Shown: positions 1 to 8,643, numbered from the stretch's first letter. The stretch: DNA of 64,000 bases from Chloroflexota bacterium (GCA_036845725.1 DAIUDK010000009.1:394-64393); one strand, 5' to 3'. Program-made: numbers and translations. Notes: a model not told the origin generated them from the letters alone.

Positions 1-1238
1 GTGCCGACGGCGGCATACGCCACCGTCCCCAGAAGCACCGTCAGCAGCACGCCGCCGCGCAGGAAAGCCACGTCGAACATCACCGTCGCCAGCGGGATCA
101 GCACAATTTCCACAGCGAGCATGAGCGCTAGGTTCCCCAGTGCCTTGCCGAAGAAAATCGCCGCACGATCTATGGGCGCTAACAGCAGCCCCTCGATGCC
201 GCCGGTTTGCTGCTCGCGCGCCATCGAGCGGCTCAGGCCCAGCGTCCCGGCGAACGCGATGGTCGCCCACAGCACACCTGGCGCAGCGGTCTGCGCCAAC
301 GCCCCGCGCAAATCCAGTGCAAAACTGAAAATCAACAGCGCCAGCACCGCAAAGACAAACATCGCGCTGAAAATCTCCCGCGTGTGCAACTCGGCAGCGA
401 TGTCCTTAGCAACGATGGCCCAGACCTGACGGAAAAAGTTCGGATGCTGGTTGTTGGTTGTTGGTTGCTGGTTGTTGGTTGTTGGTTGCTGGTTGCTGGA
501 TACTGGTTGCTGGCTGTTCGTTGCTGGATGCCGAGGGCTGACCGCTTCCCCACCCACCAACTCCCGGTACAGCGCCGGGAACGTGGCAGCATCTGCATGT
601 GGAGCGTCGTAGACGATGCGCCCACGGTTGAGGACGACGACGCGGCGATTCAGCGTCACGTCGGTTTGCAGGTTGTGCGAGGTGAGCAGCAGCGTGCCGC
701 CTTCGCCGGTCAAATCGGTCAACAGCGCGGTCAGGGCGTCGGCAGCGAGTGGATCGAGGCCGGTGTAGGGTTCGTCGAGCAGGACGAGTGGCGGACGGTG
801 CAATACCGCCCGCGCCACGGCCAGCCGCTGCTGCATCCCCCGCGAGTACGTGCGGACGAGGTCGTGGCGACGCGCGGTCAGCTCCACCCGTTCGAGCAAG
901 GCGTCGATGCGCGTTTGTGCGTCGGGGATGGCGTACATCCGGGCGTAAAAGGCAAGGTTTTGCTCGGCGGTGAGATCGTCGTACAGAAGCGTGCGATGCG
1001 AGAGGAAGCCGATCTTCATCCGGGCGTCTGCGCCGGCCTTCGCAGTATCCACCCCAGCGATGCGCACTGTACCGGACGTGGGCCGCGCCAATGTTGCCAG
1101 GATGCGCAGCAGTGTCGTCTTGCCCGCGCCGTTCGGCCCGCAGAGGACGACGCACTCGCCTGGCGCAACGCACAAATCGATGCCCACCAACGCTCGGCGC
1201 GGCCCAAAGGATTTCGTCAGTTGGTTGACCTCGATCAT
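1..1238 (-). CDS. Fused ABC ATPase-permease, heme exporter CcmA-CcmB-like; C-terminus lies beyond the window start
   Basis: Reverse-strand ATG at 1236-1238. Walker A GPNGAGKTT, signature YSRGMQQRL, Walker B LVLLDEP. The same frame continues without a stop through a QQPTTNN linker into a hydrophobic CcmB-like segment (LWATIAFAGTLGLSRSMAREQQTGGIEGLLLAPIDRAAIFFGKALGNLALML). Absent from the ORF track because the stop is outside the window. Confidence 0.6.
   Translation of the reverse strand, partial: MIEVNQLTKSFGPRRALVGIDLCVAPGECVVLCGPNGAGKTTLLRILATLARPTSGTVRIAGVDTAKAGADARMKIGFLSHRTLLYDDLTAEQNLAFYARMYAIPDAQTRIDALLERVELTARRHDLVRTYSRGMQQRLAVARAVLHRPPLVLLDEPYTGLDPLAADALTALLTDLTGEGGTLLLTSHNLQTDVTLNRRVVVLNRGRIVYDAPHADAATFPALYRELVGGEAVSPRHPATNSQQPVSSNQQPTTNNQQPTTNNQHPNFFRQVWAIVAKDIAAELHTREIFSAMFVFAVLALLIFSFALDLRGALAQTAAPGVLWATIAFAGTLGLSRSMAREQQTGGIEGLLLAPIDRAAIFFGKALGNLALMLAVEIVLIPLATVMFDVAFLRGGVLLTVLLGTVAYAAVG
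446..527 (-). repeat. In-frame 21-bp tandem repeat (two perfect units 446-466 and 467-487 plus degenerate copies) encoding the NQQPTTN linker of the CcmAB fusion
   Basis: gctggttgttggttgttggtt is repeated exactly twice, followed by gctggttgctgg-type degenerate units; it translates on the minus strand to QQPTTNNQQPTTNNQ. Confidence 0.7.
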
Positions 1239-1573
1239 CGGTGTGGCAGGGGAGACGGTTTTCTCAGGCCATCGACGAGATGTAAGACAGTGATGAGCGG
1301 GTGCCGTAGCAGCAGACGCGGCCCGGCGTACCGCATCACGGCGCGCACTTTTCCCCGCATCTCCGGTTCATAACAATGAACCGGACATTTGGCGCACGTA
1401 GACTTGCGTTCCTGGTAAGGGCAACGCTCAAGCCGCGCGCGCGCATAAGCCAAGAGCGCAGCACAGTCAGCGCATAACCCCTCCGTCGTGGCGTGATGAT
1501 CGCGGCAGTACAGGTCGACCATCACCTTGATAGTTTTATCTTCGCGGAGCATACGTGGATGTTTATCTGCCAT
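1235..1573 (-). CDS. YgbA-like nitrous-oxide-stimulated-promoter family Zn-binding protein
   Basis: MADKHPRMLREDKTIKVMVDLYCRDHH...CADCAALLAYARARLERCPYQERKSTCAKCPVHCY...RYAGPRLLLRHP pattern. Its stop overlaps the ATG of the downstream ABC gene. Confidence 0.5.
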   Translation of the reverse strand: MADKHPRMLREDKTIKVMVDLYCRDHHATTEGLCADCAALLAYARARLERCPYQERKSTCAKCPVHCYEPEMRGKVRAVMRYAGPRLLLRHPLITVLHLVDGLRKPSPLPHR

Positions 1574-2417
1574 AGTCCTCCTCAAACTGCGCAAGAAGTT
1601 GTTGCTTGAGCGTTTCACGTTCCCGATGATAGGCTTCTTCCGGGAGATCGCCAGCCACATAACGGGCATCGAGCGCAGCGATGGTCTCCAGGAACGGAAG
1701 CGCCGCTTCGGGTGGCGGCGGCACGGAAACCGGCCGCCAGAGCCGGTAACTCACAACGCCGGCCACGAGGAGCGCCCCGATGCCGAGTCCAATATCACGG
1801 ATATGGCTGCCAGTCGCCGACTGTGAAACGAGGGTAAAGGCCAGCGTCTCACCATCCGCAAATGGCCCGGCGGAATACGTTGTCGCCTGGCCCATCAGTG
1901 TGTCCATCGTCCCTTCTGGGATAAGCCCCGGCCCGGTGAGTTCAAGCTCTTCACCGCTGACGATAAACGCCGCCGAAACAATCGGCACGCCCAGCGCGCG
2001 TTCGATACGCATCCTCCCGATGAAGGGCAATTCGTAGCTAAAGGCTACCTCGACAACCGCCGCGCCGGACGGGATCGGGCGCGTATCCGCAAAACGCGTA
2101 CTATCGCCTACGTAACGCTCACCTAACCCGGGACCATCGAAACGCAGGTTACGCGCACTCTCCGGCAACGTGAACGTAAGCGTCATGCGCGGTCCGTCGG
2201 CGTTCTTAAGCCCCTCGTAAACGTGGTCGCCGGTGTTGCCGATCAAGTAGAATTCGGCGACACGCAGGCTTGCGCCATCCGACGACGCGATGAAGTAATG
2301 CGCCTGGCTGATGACCACGCCGTTAGCGACAGCGTCAGCATTTGTGGCATCCTGCGCCAAGACTATCCCTGGCAGCAGCACAAGAAAGACGAGCATGAGC
2401 CAGCGCAGACGTCTCAT
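1563..2417 (-). CDS. Hypothetical secreted protein with N-terminal signal peptide and C-terminal TM anchor plus cytoplasmic tail
   Basis: Start MRRLRWLMLVFLVLLPGIVLAQDA; C-terminal TM IGLGIGALLVAGVVSYRLW; no recognisable catalytic motifs. The ATGA start overlaps the upstream gene's stop. Confidence 0.4.
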   Translation of the reverse strand: MRRLRWLMLVFLVLLPGIVLAQDATNADAVANGVVISQAHYFIASSDGASLRVAEFYLIGNTGDHVYEGLKNADGPRMTLTFTLPESARNLRFDGPGLGERYVGDSTRFADTRPIPSGAAVVEVAFSYELPFIGRMRIERALGVPIVSAAFIVSGEELELTGPGLIPEGTMDTLMGQATTYSAGPFADGETLAFTLVSQSATGSHIRDIGLGIGALLVAGVVSYRLWRPVSVPPPPEAALPFLETIAALDARYVAGDLPEEAYHRERETLKQQLLAQFEEDYGR

Positions 2418-2686
2418 GCAACGTCCTCGTTCACCGGCAGTCGCTGGCCGCAGCCGGGGCAAAAACGGTGATCCGGCGCAACCTGCCGCCCGCACTGCGG
2501 GCAGAAGTTGATCCCAGTACGAGTGGTAGAGGATGAAACGTCAGCAATAGCACGCACCCAGGTTTCAATAAGCCTATCCACGTCAGACGCAGGTGTGTGC
2601 ATCGCCGCCGCGCGAAACGGGCGTGCGATGTAGGCTATCGTCACCACTGCAACCGCGACTCCCACAAAAATAGCGCCCAAACTCAT
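2414..2686 (-). CDS. Small membrane protein with C-terminal zinc-ribbon (CPQCG...CPGCG)
   Basis: N-terminal TM AIFVGVAVAVVTIAYIA followed by CxxC-x11-CxxC; sits inside the ccm operon. Confidence 0.4.
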   Translation of the reverse strand: MSLGAIFVGVAVAVVTIAYIARPFRAAAMHTPASDVDRLIETWVRAIADVSSSTTRTGINFCPQCGRQVAPDHRFCPGCGQRLPVNEDVA

Positions 2687-2768
2687 ACAAAATCTCCTCG
2701 TAAAGCAACTATAGAGACACAGAGAAAATCCGAGAATTCTGCACCTTCCGTGTCTCTGGAGTGATTTT

Positions 2769-5258
2769 CTACTTGAGTAACGCCTCCAACTGCGTCACCA
2801 GCGCCTCCGCTGCAATCGGGCCGACATGGACGTGGGCCACGCGTCCATCCGCATCCACGATGAATGTCTCCGGAATGCCAGTGATACCGTACCGATCTGT
2901 GATACGGTCGCCGGTATCCAGACCAACTGGGTAGGTTGTCCCATACTGCGTCAACGCGCTGCGCACGGTGGACACATCATCCTGGTATGTGATACCCAGA
3001 AAAGTCACACCCTTATCCTCATACATCTCCCAGACATCCTGCAAGGCGGGCATCTCCTCGACACACGAAGGGCACCACGATGCCCAGAAGTTAACGACGG
3101 CAATCTGGCCGCGCAAATCCTTGAGTGAGGTGGTCCCGCCATCGAGCAAGCTCAGACGGAAATCGGGCGCCTCCTGGCCAACAAGCGGCCTTCCATCACC
3201 ATAGTCGACCGAACCGTGAGGCATCCCCCACATAGCCCAACCCGCGCCGAACAGCAAGGCCAATCCCACGCTAAACGCTACAACATTCCACGTGCGGTGT
3301 TCCATCCTCGGCCAGAGCGCCAGCCCTCCGCCGGCCAGAAAGATCAATCCCCCCAGCCAGAGGAAGTTAACCAACATGTTGACGATGACTTTGAAAGTCG
3401 CGGACGTGCCGTCGCCCGTCCAACCGGAGAGAATCAAATAGAGGTCCTCATGCAGGCCAGGGAGCAACGCGGGCATGGTGACGGTCTGATCACCGGTGTA
3501 ACGGTTCAACTGAGGCTGCAGTGTTGTCAGGTAGGTATCACCACGATAAACGGAAACGTTGGCCCAGGTAGCGTTATAATCGGCAATGAAGGCAGTCTTC
3601 AGTTCCTCGAAGATCAGTGTGTAGCCCTTCACCGCCGTCGACTGTCCGGCGTTGAGAGTTATCTGCATCTCGAAGGGATACATCCGCGTACCGATGATAC
3701 CGAGCGCCATCAAGATAACACCAAGATGCACGAGATAGCCTCCATACTTGCGGCGCTGCAAACGCAGCAACTGCCACAGCGCATTGAGGGGGGCTTCGTC
3801 GGTACGTTTGCGTCGCGTCATCACTCCTTCGACAAATTCCGCGAGCGTCGCCGCCCCGGCAAAACCGCTGATGGCGAACCCAATCAACGAGAAAACGTCG
3901 GTGAAGCCCGTCAACCCAGCCGCAACGGGAACAGTCATCGCGCCACCAATGACGACCCAACGCAGTCGCCGCAAGCGCTGCAACGCCGCCACACCCCGTC
4001 CGAGCAATGGGCACAAGCCGATAATCAGGATCAGCACCGCGAACTGCGGGCCGGTAACCCGGTCGAACCACGCTGGCCCGGCTTCGAAACGCTGGCCGGA
4101 AAACACCTCGGTCAACGTGGGAAGCAGGCTGCCCACCAGCACGGAGACGGTCAATGTGGTGAACAGCGCCAAGGTCAGGAAAAACATTCCATCGCGCGAG
4201 AGCAAGCCCTCCACAATAGGTGATGAGTCCTTGAGTGCCGCGCGACGAGCATAGAGCAAGGCCAACGAACCGCCCAGCGTCACCACGATGGCAGTGAGGA
4301 AGTAGCCACCCAGGTTGGAGACGGTATAGGCGTGAACTGACTGAATCATCCCACTGCGTGTGGCAAAAGTGCCGAAGAGCACCAGCGCAAAGGAGAAAAT
4401 GACCATGAGCATGTTCCACACATGGAAGCCGCGTTTTTCCTCTTGCATCACCGCGCCGTGCAACAGCGCCGTTGTGGTGAACCAGGGCAGCAATCCAGCA
4501 TTTTCGACGGGATCCCAACCCCAGTAACCGCCCCAGCCAAGCACATCGTAGGCCCAACGCATCCCCAAAAGCAAGCCCAAGCCCAGACCTAACCACGCGA
4601 TCAACGTCCATGTGCGAATTGCCGCCGTCCACCCTTCGATCCGCCGCGTGATGAGCGCCGCCATCGCAAAGGCGAAGGGGATGGCCAGTCCCACGTAGCC
4701 CACATAGAGTGCGGGCGGGTGGAAAATCATTCCCGGATGGCGCAGCAGCGGATTGAGTCCGCGCCCATCGAGCGGCGGCTGTGAGAGCAAGGTAAAGGGA
4801 TGCGAAAGGAACAATGTCACGGCCACAAAGAAAGCCGTAATCAGGCTCAGGAAAACTGTGGTCCAAGGGACAAGTGAGCGCGCACGTTCGGAAGCGCACC
4901 CGGTCGCCAACGCGGCAAAGAGCGCCTGCAAAAAGCACCACAAGAGCAACGAGCCTTCCTGCCCGGCCCATACCGCCGAGATTTTGAGATACACAGGAAT
5001 GACCATCGAAGAGTGCTGCGCCACGTAGCTGATCTCGAAATGATCGCTGAGAAAAGCCACCAACAATATCAAAAGCGCCGCACCCAGCAACGCTGCCTGC
5101 ATGTAGACAGCATTCTGCGCGCTTTGCAGCCAGGTCCTGCTGCGCGCAGACGAGGCCGGAACAGCAGACAATTGAATGCCACGCCACGCAGCATAAGCCG
5201 CGTATAAGCTAATGGCTAACGAAATACCAAGGAGCAATGTTCCAATTTCACCGACCAT
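2769..5258 (-). CDS. ccmF: Cytochrome c heme lyase CcmF fused to a C-terminal TlpA/CcmG/ResA-like thioredoxin domain
   Basis: CcmF-like N-terminus; WWD motif WGGYWGWDPVENAGLLPWF; multiple TM segments. C-terminal ~170 aa carry GQEAPDFRL...VVNFWASWCPSCVEEMP (CxxC thioredoxin fold). Confidence 0.8.
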   Translation of the reverse strand: MVGEIGTLLLGISLAISLYAAYAAWRGIQLSAVPASSARSRTWLQSAQNAVYMQAALLGAALLILLVAFLSDHFEISYVAQHSSMVIPVYLKISAVWAGQEGSLLLWCFLQALFAALATGCASERARSLVPWTTVFLSLITAFFVAVTLFLSHPFTLLSQPPLDGRGLNPLLRHPGMIFHPPALYVGYVGLAIPFAFAMAALITRRIEGWTAAIRTWTLIAWLGLGLGLLLGMRWAYDVLGWGGYWGWDPVENAGLLPWFTTTALLHGAVMQEEKRGFHVWNMLMVIFSFALVLFGTFATRSGMIQSVHAYTVSNLGGYFLTAIVVTLGGSLALLYARRAALKDSSPIVEGLLSRDGMFFLTLALFTTLTVSVLVGSLLPTLTEVFSGQRFEAGPAWFDRVTGPQFAVLILIIGLCPLLGRGVAALQRLRRLRWVVIGGAMTVPVAAGLTGFTDVFSLIGFAISGFAGAATLAEFVEGVMTRRKRTDEAPLNALWQLLRLQRRKYGGYLVHLGVILMALGIIGTRMYPFEMQITLNAGQSTAVKGYTLIFEELKTAFIADYNATWANVSVYRGDTYLTTLQPQLNRYTGDQTVTMPALLPGLHEDLYLILSGWTGDGTSATFKVIVNMLVNFLWLGGLIFLAGGGLALWPRMEHRTWNVVAFSVGLALLFGAGWAMWGMPHGSVDYGDGRPLVGQEAPDFRLSLLDGGTTSLKDLRGQIAVVNFWASWCPSCVEEMPALQDVWEMYEDKGVTFLGITYQDDVSTVRSALTQYGTTYPVGLDTGDRITDRYGITGIPETFIVDADGRVAHVHVGPIAAEALVTQLEALLK

Positions 5259-5259
5259 C

Positions 5260-5742
5260 TTAGTCGTCTACCTGGGTAGGGATCTCTTCTTCATAGCGCG
5301 AGGGACACTTGAGGAGCACTTCGTCGGCATAGAGGCGTCCATCCATCGCCATCTTGCCGCGCACGATCGCCTGCGCCTCGTTCTGCAACAGGTCAGGTTT
5401 CACGCCGTTGTAGACGACCTCCAACCGAGCACCGATAGGGTCCTGGACGGCGTCGTGGAGCACCCGCGCCAACCCGCCACGCCGTTCGACCTCCTGGGGA
5501 TCGGCCGGCACATTAAGAATGGTAAAGGTAACGCGCGGCGCGAGCGCATCATAGACAATGGTCTCACCCAAAACCGCGCCAGAGACGGTGATATTGCGCT
5601 GCATAGCCTCATCGTCCATAGCCAGAATTTCCTCGACAGTAAGGAAATACTGCGCAGTGCTACCGGTACTGCTCACAATCAAGTAGATCATAGCGCCAAC
5701 AACCAGCAGTCCGGCCACAATGAACGATGTTTTATTTTGCAT
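5260..5742 (-). CDS. ccmE: Heme chaperone CcmE, CxxxY variant
   Basis: MQNKTSFIVAGLLVVGAMIYLIV TM. C-terminal VVYNGVKPDLL...VRGKM...LYADEVLLKCPSRYEEE aligns with E. coli VSYEGILPDLF...AKEVLAKHDENY, with Cys (codon 5305-5307) in the His position. RBS GGTGAGG precedes the ATG at 5742. Confidence 0.75.
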   Translation of the reverse strand: MQNKTSFIVAGLLVVGAMIYLIVSSTGSTAQYFLTVEEILAMDDEAMQRNITVSGAVLGETIVYDALAPRVTFTILNVPADPQEVERRGGLARVLHDAVQDPIGARLEVVYNGVKPDLLQNEAQAIVRGKMAMDGRLYADEVLLKCPSRYEEEIPTQVDD

Positions 5743-5806
5743 GATCCTCACCCTAACGATTTCCGATTGACGATTCACAATTCGCGATCCGCCATTTTTC
5801 TGCCTC

Positions 5807-5834
5807 ATTCTATCCTGGAAAATATGTCTGGCAA
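5807..5834 (-). promoter_or_regulatory. Candidate sigma70-type promoter for the ccm operon (TTGCCA-16-TAGAAT on minus strand)
   Basis: Reverse complement of 5829-5834 is TTGCCA and of 5807-5812 is TAGAAT; lies ~65 nt upstream of the ccmE ATG. Confidence 0.35.
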
Positions 5835-5850
5835 GAACCAAACACCCCGT

Positions 5851-5878
5851 TTTGTTATCTGAAATTCACGGGTATAAT
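5851..5878 (+). promoter_or_regulatory. Candidate divergent promoter (TTGTTA-15-TATAAT) for the ABC-2 permease gene
   Basis: tttgttatctgaaattcacgggtataat; GGAG RBS at 5893-5896 before the ATG at 5902. Confidence 0.35.
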
Positions 5879-5901
5879 CATATCAGTAATACGGAGACGC
5901 G

Positions 5902-6831
5902 ATGAACCCAATCCTGATTCGGCATTTGTACGGGAGTGTGCGCAGGAAACGCTTTTTCTGGTTCCTGAGCCTGTACTTGCTTGGCGTGGGACTGTTAGCC
6001 CTCTTCGTTATCGCCCTTGTTGCAGTACCGTTGTTCGCTTACAACGAAAACCTGTCTATATCCATGCTCGATATCTTCACCGGTGGACGGGCCATTTACT
6101 GGTTCTCCGGCGTCATCCTGATTTTGACAAGCAGTCTGCTGGTGCCTATCAATGCACTGGGGGCTTTCGCTGGTGAGCGCGAAAATCGCACCCTCGATCT
6201 CCTGGTCACAACCACGCTCAAAACCCGCGACATCGTCATGGGCAAACTAGGTTCCGCCCTGTTGACCGGCGCGATCTACGTCCTCGCACCACTGCCATTG
6301 CTAATGACCGGCTTCTGGCTCGGCGGTGTCACCACCCCCGAATTGGGGATCACACTGCTCTTCCTCGTGTTGGCGATGCTCTTCAGCACGACCTGGGCGC
6401 TGCTCATCTCCACATTCCTGCGGCGGACTATTGCCGCCGTGCTCGTCTTCTACGGGCTGATCTTTGCCTCGACTCCGGTAATCACAATTTTGGCGACTGC
6501 GTCCGCGGGACTTGCCGAAGCGTGGAAATATCGCACCTTCCTCGAAGTACAACCATTTTGGATCGAGGCTCTGGTGCAATACGGGTGGGTCATCCTTGCC
6601 GGAATCCACCCGCTGACCGCTGCGATTGTCACCGAGGTAATGGGTTTAGAACAAAACTCATGGCTGCTGCTACACTTCACCGTCGAACACTACACACCGG
6701 GTACCGGGGGGGCGACTCTCGGTACCCTCATATTGCCCTCTCCATGGATCACGTATGCGATCTTCACCCTTGTCGCCACAGTGATCATGCTGCGCATCAC
6801 GACTTGGCGGCTGGAACGCCCGGAGCGTTGA
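5902..6831 (+). CDS. ABC-2 family transporter permease (no cognate ATPase adjacent)
   Basis: Six predicted TM segments; ABC-2 signature AFAGERENRTLDLLVTT. Confidence 0.65.
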   Translation: MNPILIRHLYGSVRRKRFFWFLSLYLLGVGLLALFVIALVAVPLFAYNENLSISMLDIFTGGRAIYWFSGVILILTSSLLVPINALGAFAGERENRTLDLLVTTTLKTRDIVMGKLGSALLTGAIYVLAPLPLLMTGFWLGGVTTPELGITLLFLVLAMLFSTTWALLISTFLRRTIAAVLVFYGLIFASTPVITILATASAGLAEAWKYRTFLEVQPFWIEALVQYGWVILAGIHPLTAAIVTEVMGLEQNSWLLLHFTVEHYTPGTGGATLGTLILPSPWITYAIFTLVATVIMLRITTWRLERPER

Positions 6832-6833
6832 CG

Positions 6834-8390
6834 ATGCCCACAGCCTTGGAACGCGAAATCGCACGCTTTAGCCAAGCCATTCGCCGGCACCATCTAGTGG
6901 TGGGCGCGGCATACGGCGTCGTAGGGGCATTAGCGGCACTGCTGGTTACCGCCATCGCTGCGCGAGTCACCCCGCTATGGCACCAGGCCGAACTGCTGTT
7001 AGCGTCCGTCTGGGCTGTGGGAGGGGGGATGTTCCTGGGTGGCACACTCGGCTTTATCTGGCCAATGTCGCTCCTGCGCCGGCTGCGCCTCTTCGACCGG
7101 CGTCTGCATCTGGCCGATCGGCTGACGACGGCATGGGAACTGGCACAGGGTCGCATTACTGCCCCCGCCAACCTTATCCAACTCCAGCACACAGAAACCC
7201 TCGCCGCCGCGCGCGCCATCGACCCACAACCGGCCTTTCCACTTCGCCCGCCGCGCGCGGCAGGAGTCGCGGCACTTATCCTGCTGCCCGCACTCGCACT
7301 AGCGCTCTTTCTAGCCAATCCACAGGAAGCCGTGCTCGTCCAGCGCGAAGCACAGCAGCAAGCTGCCGCCGCCGCAATCGCCCAACTCGAAGCCGCGCAG
7401 GAGACTCTGACGAGGAACGACACCCTCAGCGAGGCCGAGCGTGTTGCCGCGCTTAAAGCGTTGGAGGAGGCGCTCGCCGCGCTGCGCGACCGGCGCAGTA
7501 CGGTGGCAGAACAACAAACCGCGCTCTCTGAGGCCGAGCGGCAGCTCGCGGAGTTACGCTCTCCTGAGGCCGCCGCACAGCTCCAACGGCTGGCCGAGGC
7601 CAGCCCCCTCTCCACCGCCGACGTTGTCCAGCCGTTAGCCGAGGCGCTGCAACGCGGTGATGCGGAAGCTGCGGCTGCCTATCTGCGCGAACTCGTCGAT
7701 CCGACGGACAAGCAACCCCTGAGCGCTGAAGAAATGCTGGCTCTGGCCGATGCCCTCCAACAAATGGCTGAGACGCTGCAATCCACCGACCAGGAACTGG
7801 CGGCACAGTTAACAACCGCCGCCCAGGAGATCTACAGCGGTGATATGACCTCCGCGCGCGCCGCCATCCAGCAGGCCGCAGAGACGCTCTCCGAGGCAGC
7901 ACAAACCAACGCAGCCAATCAAAGCCTCCAACAGGCCCAGGCTGCCGTCCAACAGGCCCAGGAAGGCCTAGGAACCGCGCAACGTCAGATGACGACATCT
8001 TCTCCATCAGGAAGCGCTGCAGCCCAACCAGGGGCTTCCGGGAAGCAGGGAGAGCCGGGGACAGGCGCACAAGGGGGACAGACCAGCGGGGCGGCAGCAG
8101 TCTCCGGAAGCGGCAGCAACGTGCACAGCGAAGACGCCGGCAGCAGTCAGCCCTATGGTTCCGCTGAAGCGCCGCGCATTGCAGGGCAGGGCGGCGAGAT
8201 CACACTTCCCCGGCAGGAGGCGCTTGGCTCGCCGCATACCACCACCGGCCTTCCAGGCGAGGCACGTATCCCTTACCAGGACGTCTACGCCACCTACGCC
8301 GAAACCGCCCAGGCTGACCTATCGCGCAGCGTCTACCCACCTGCACTGCGAACTTACGTGCGCGAGTACTTCAACGGCCTGGAACCTTGA
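6834..8390 (+). CDS. Membrane-anchored coiled-coil / low-complexity protein of unknown function
   Basis: ATG 2 nt after the permease stop. Three N-terminal TM helices, a long Ala/Gln/Glu-rich predicted coiled coil, and a Gly/Ser/Ala-rich tail. The 6522-6833 extension in the track overlaps the permease and is rejected. Confidence 0.5.
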   Translation: MPTALEREIARFSQAIRRHHLVVGAAYGVVGALAALLVTAIAARVTPLWHQAELLLASVWAVGGGMFLGGTLGFIWPMSLLRRLRLFDRRLHLADRLTTAWELAQGRITAPANLIQLQHTETLAAARAIDPQPAFPLRPPRAAGVAALILLPALALALFLANPQEAVLVQREAQQQAAAAAIAQLEAAQETLTRNDTLSEAERVAALKALEEALAALRDRRSTVAEQQTALSEAERQLAELRSPEAAAQLQRLAEASPLSTADVVQPLAEALQRGDAEAAAAYLRELVDPTDKQPLSAEEMLALADALQQMAETLQSTDQELAAQLTTAAQEIYSGDMTSARAAIQQAAETLSEAAQTNAANQSLQQAQAAVQQAQEGLGTAQRQMTTSSPSGSAAAQPGASGKQGEPGTGAQGGQTSGAAAVSGSGSNVHSEDAGSSQPYGSAEAPRIAGQGGEITLPRQEALGSPHTTTGLPGEARIPYQDVYATYAETAQADLSRSVYPPALRTYVREYFNGLEP

Positions 8391-8544
8391 AAATTTGACA
8401 AATTTTGCATTTGTTTTACACTGTTGAACGTGTAGACTACAGAATTCTCACACGGGGAATTCATCAGGCAGATCCATACATTGAATCATAAACCTGGAAG
8501 CCCAAGGGTTTGTTTAAACTTTTGTAGTCTTGGATGGAGATTCT

Positions 8545-8613
8545 ATGATCGCAACGTTGATCGCTAACGCCAATAACCAGCAGCAGCAACGGCTTCACCC
8601 GATGTCCGGTTAG
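8545..8613 (+). CDS. Candidate 22-aa leader peptide MIATLIANANNQQQQRLHPMSG upstream of glnA
   Basis: SD-like GGATGGAGA 5 nt before the ATG; four consecutive Gln codons (cag cag cag caa) and three Asn codons; followed by an intrinsic terminator. Confidence 0.25.
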   Translation: MIATLIANANNQQQQRLHPMSG

Positions 8614-8643
8614 TGTTGCGCGGCTATTGAGGGATTTTTCACA

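Noticed and set aside
436-527. Tandem repeat considered as CRISPR array or minisatellite
   Set aside because: It is in-frame coding sequence (the QQPTTNN linker) with no spacers and no cas genes.
207-1373. 388-aa plus-strand ORF and the 255-aa minus ORF (406-1173) across the ABC gene region
   Set aside because: They are in frames other than the one giving a canonical ABC ATPase; the repeat makes several frames open by chance.
3574-5187. 537-aa minus-strand ORF and 335-aa plus-strand ORF overlapping ccmF
   Set aside because: Alternative frames of a high-GC gene; only the 2769-5258 frame shows CcmF WWD and thioredoxin motifs.
6522-6833. N-terminal extension of the 622-aa ORF
   Set aside because: Overlaps the ABC-2 permease in another frame; the ATG at 6834 directly follows the permease stop.
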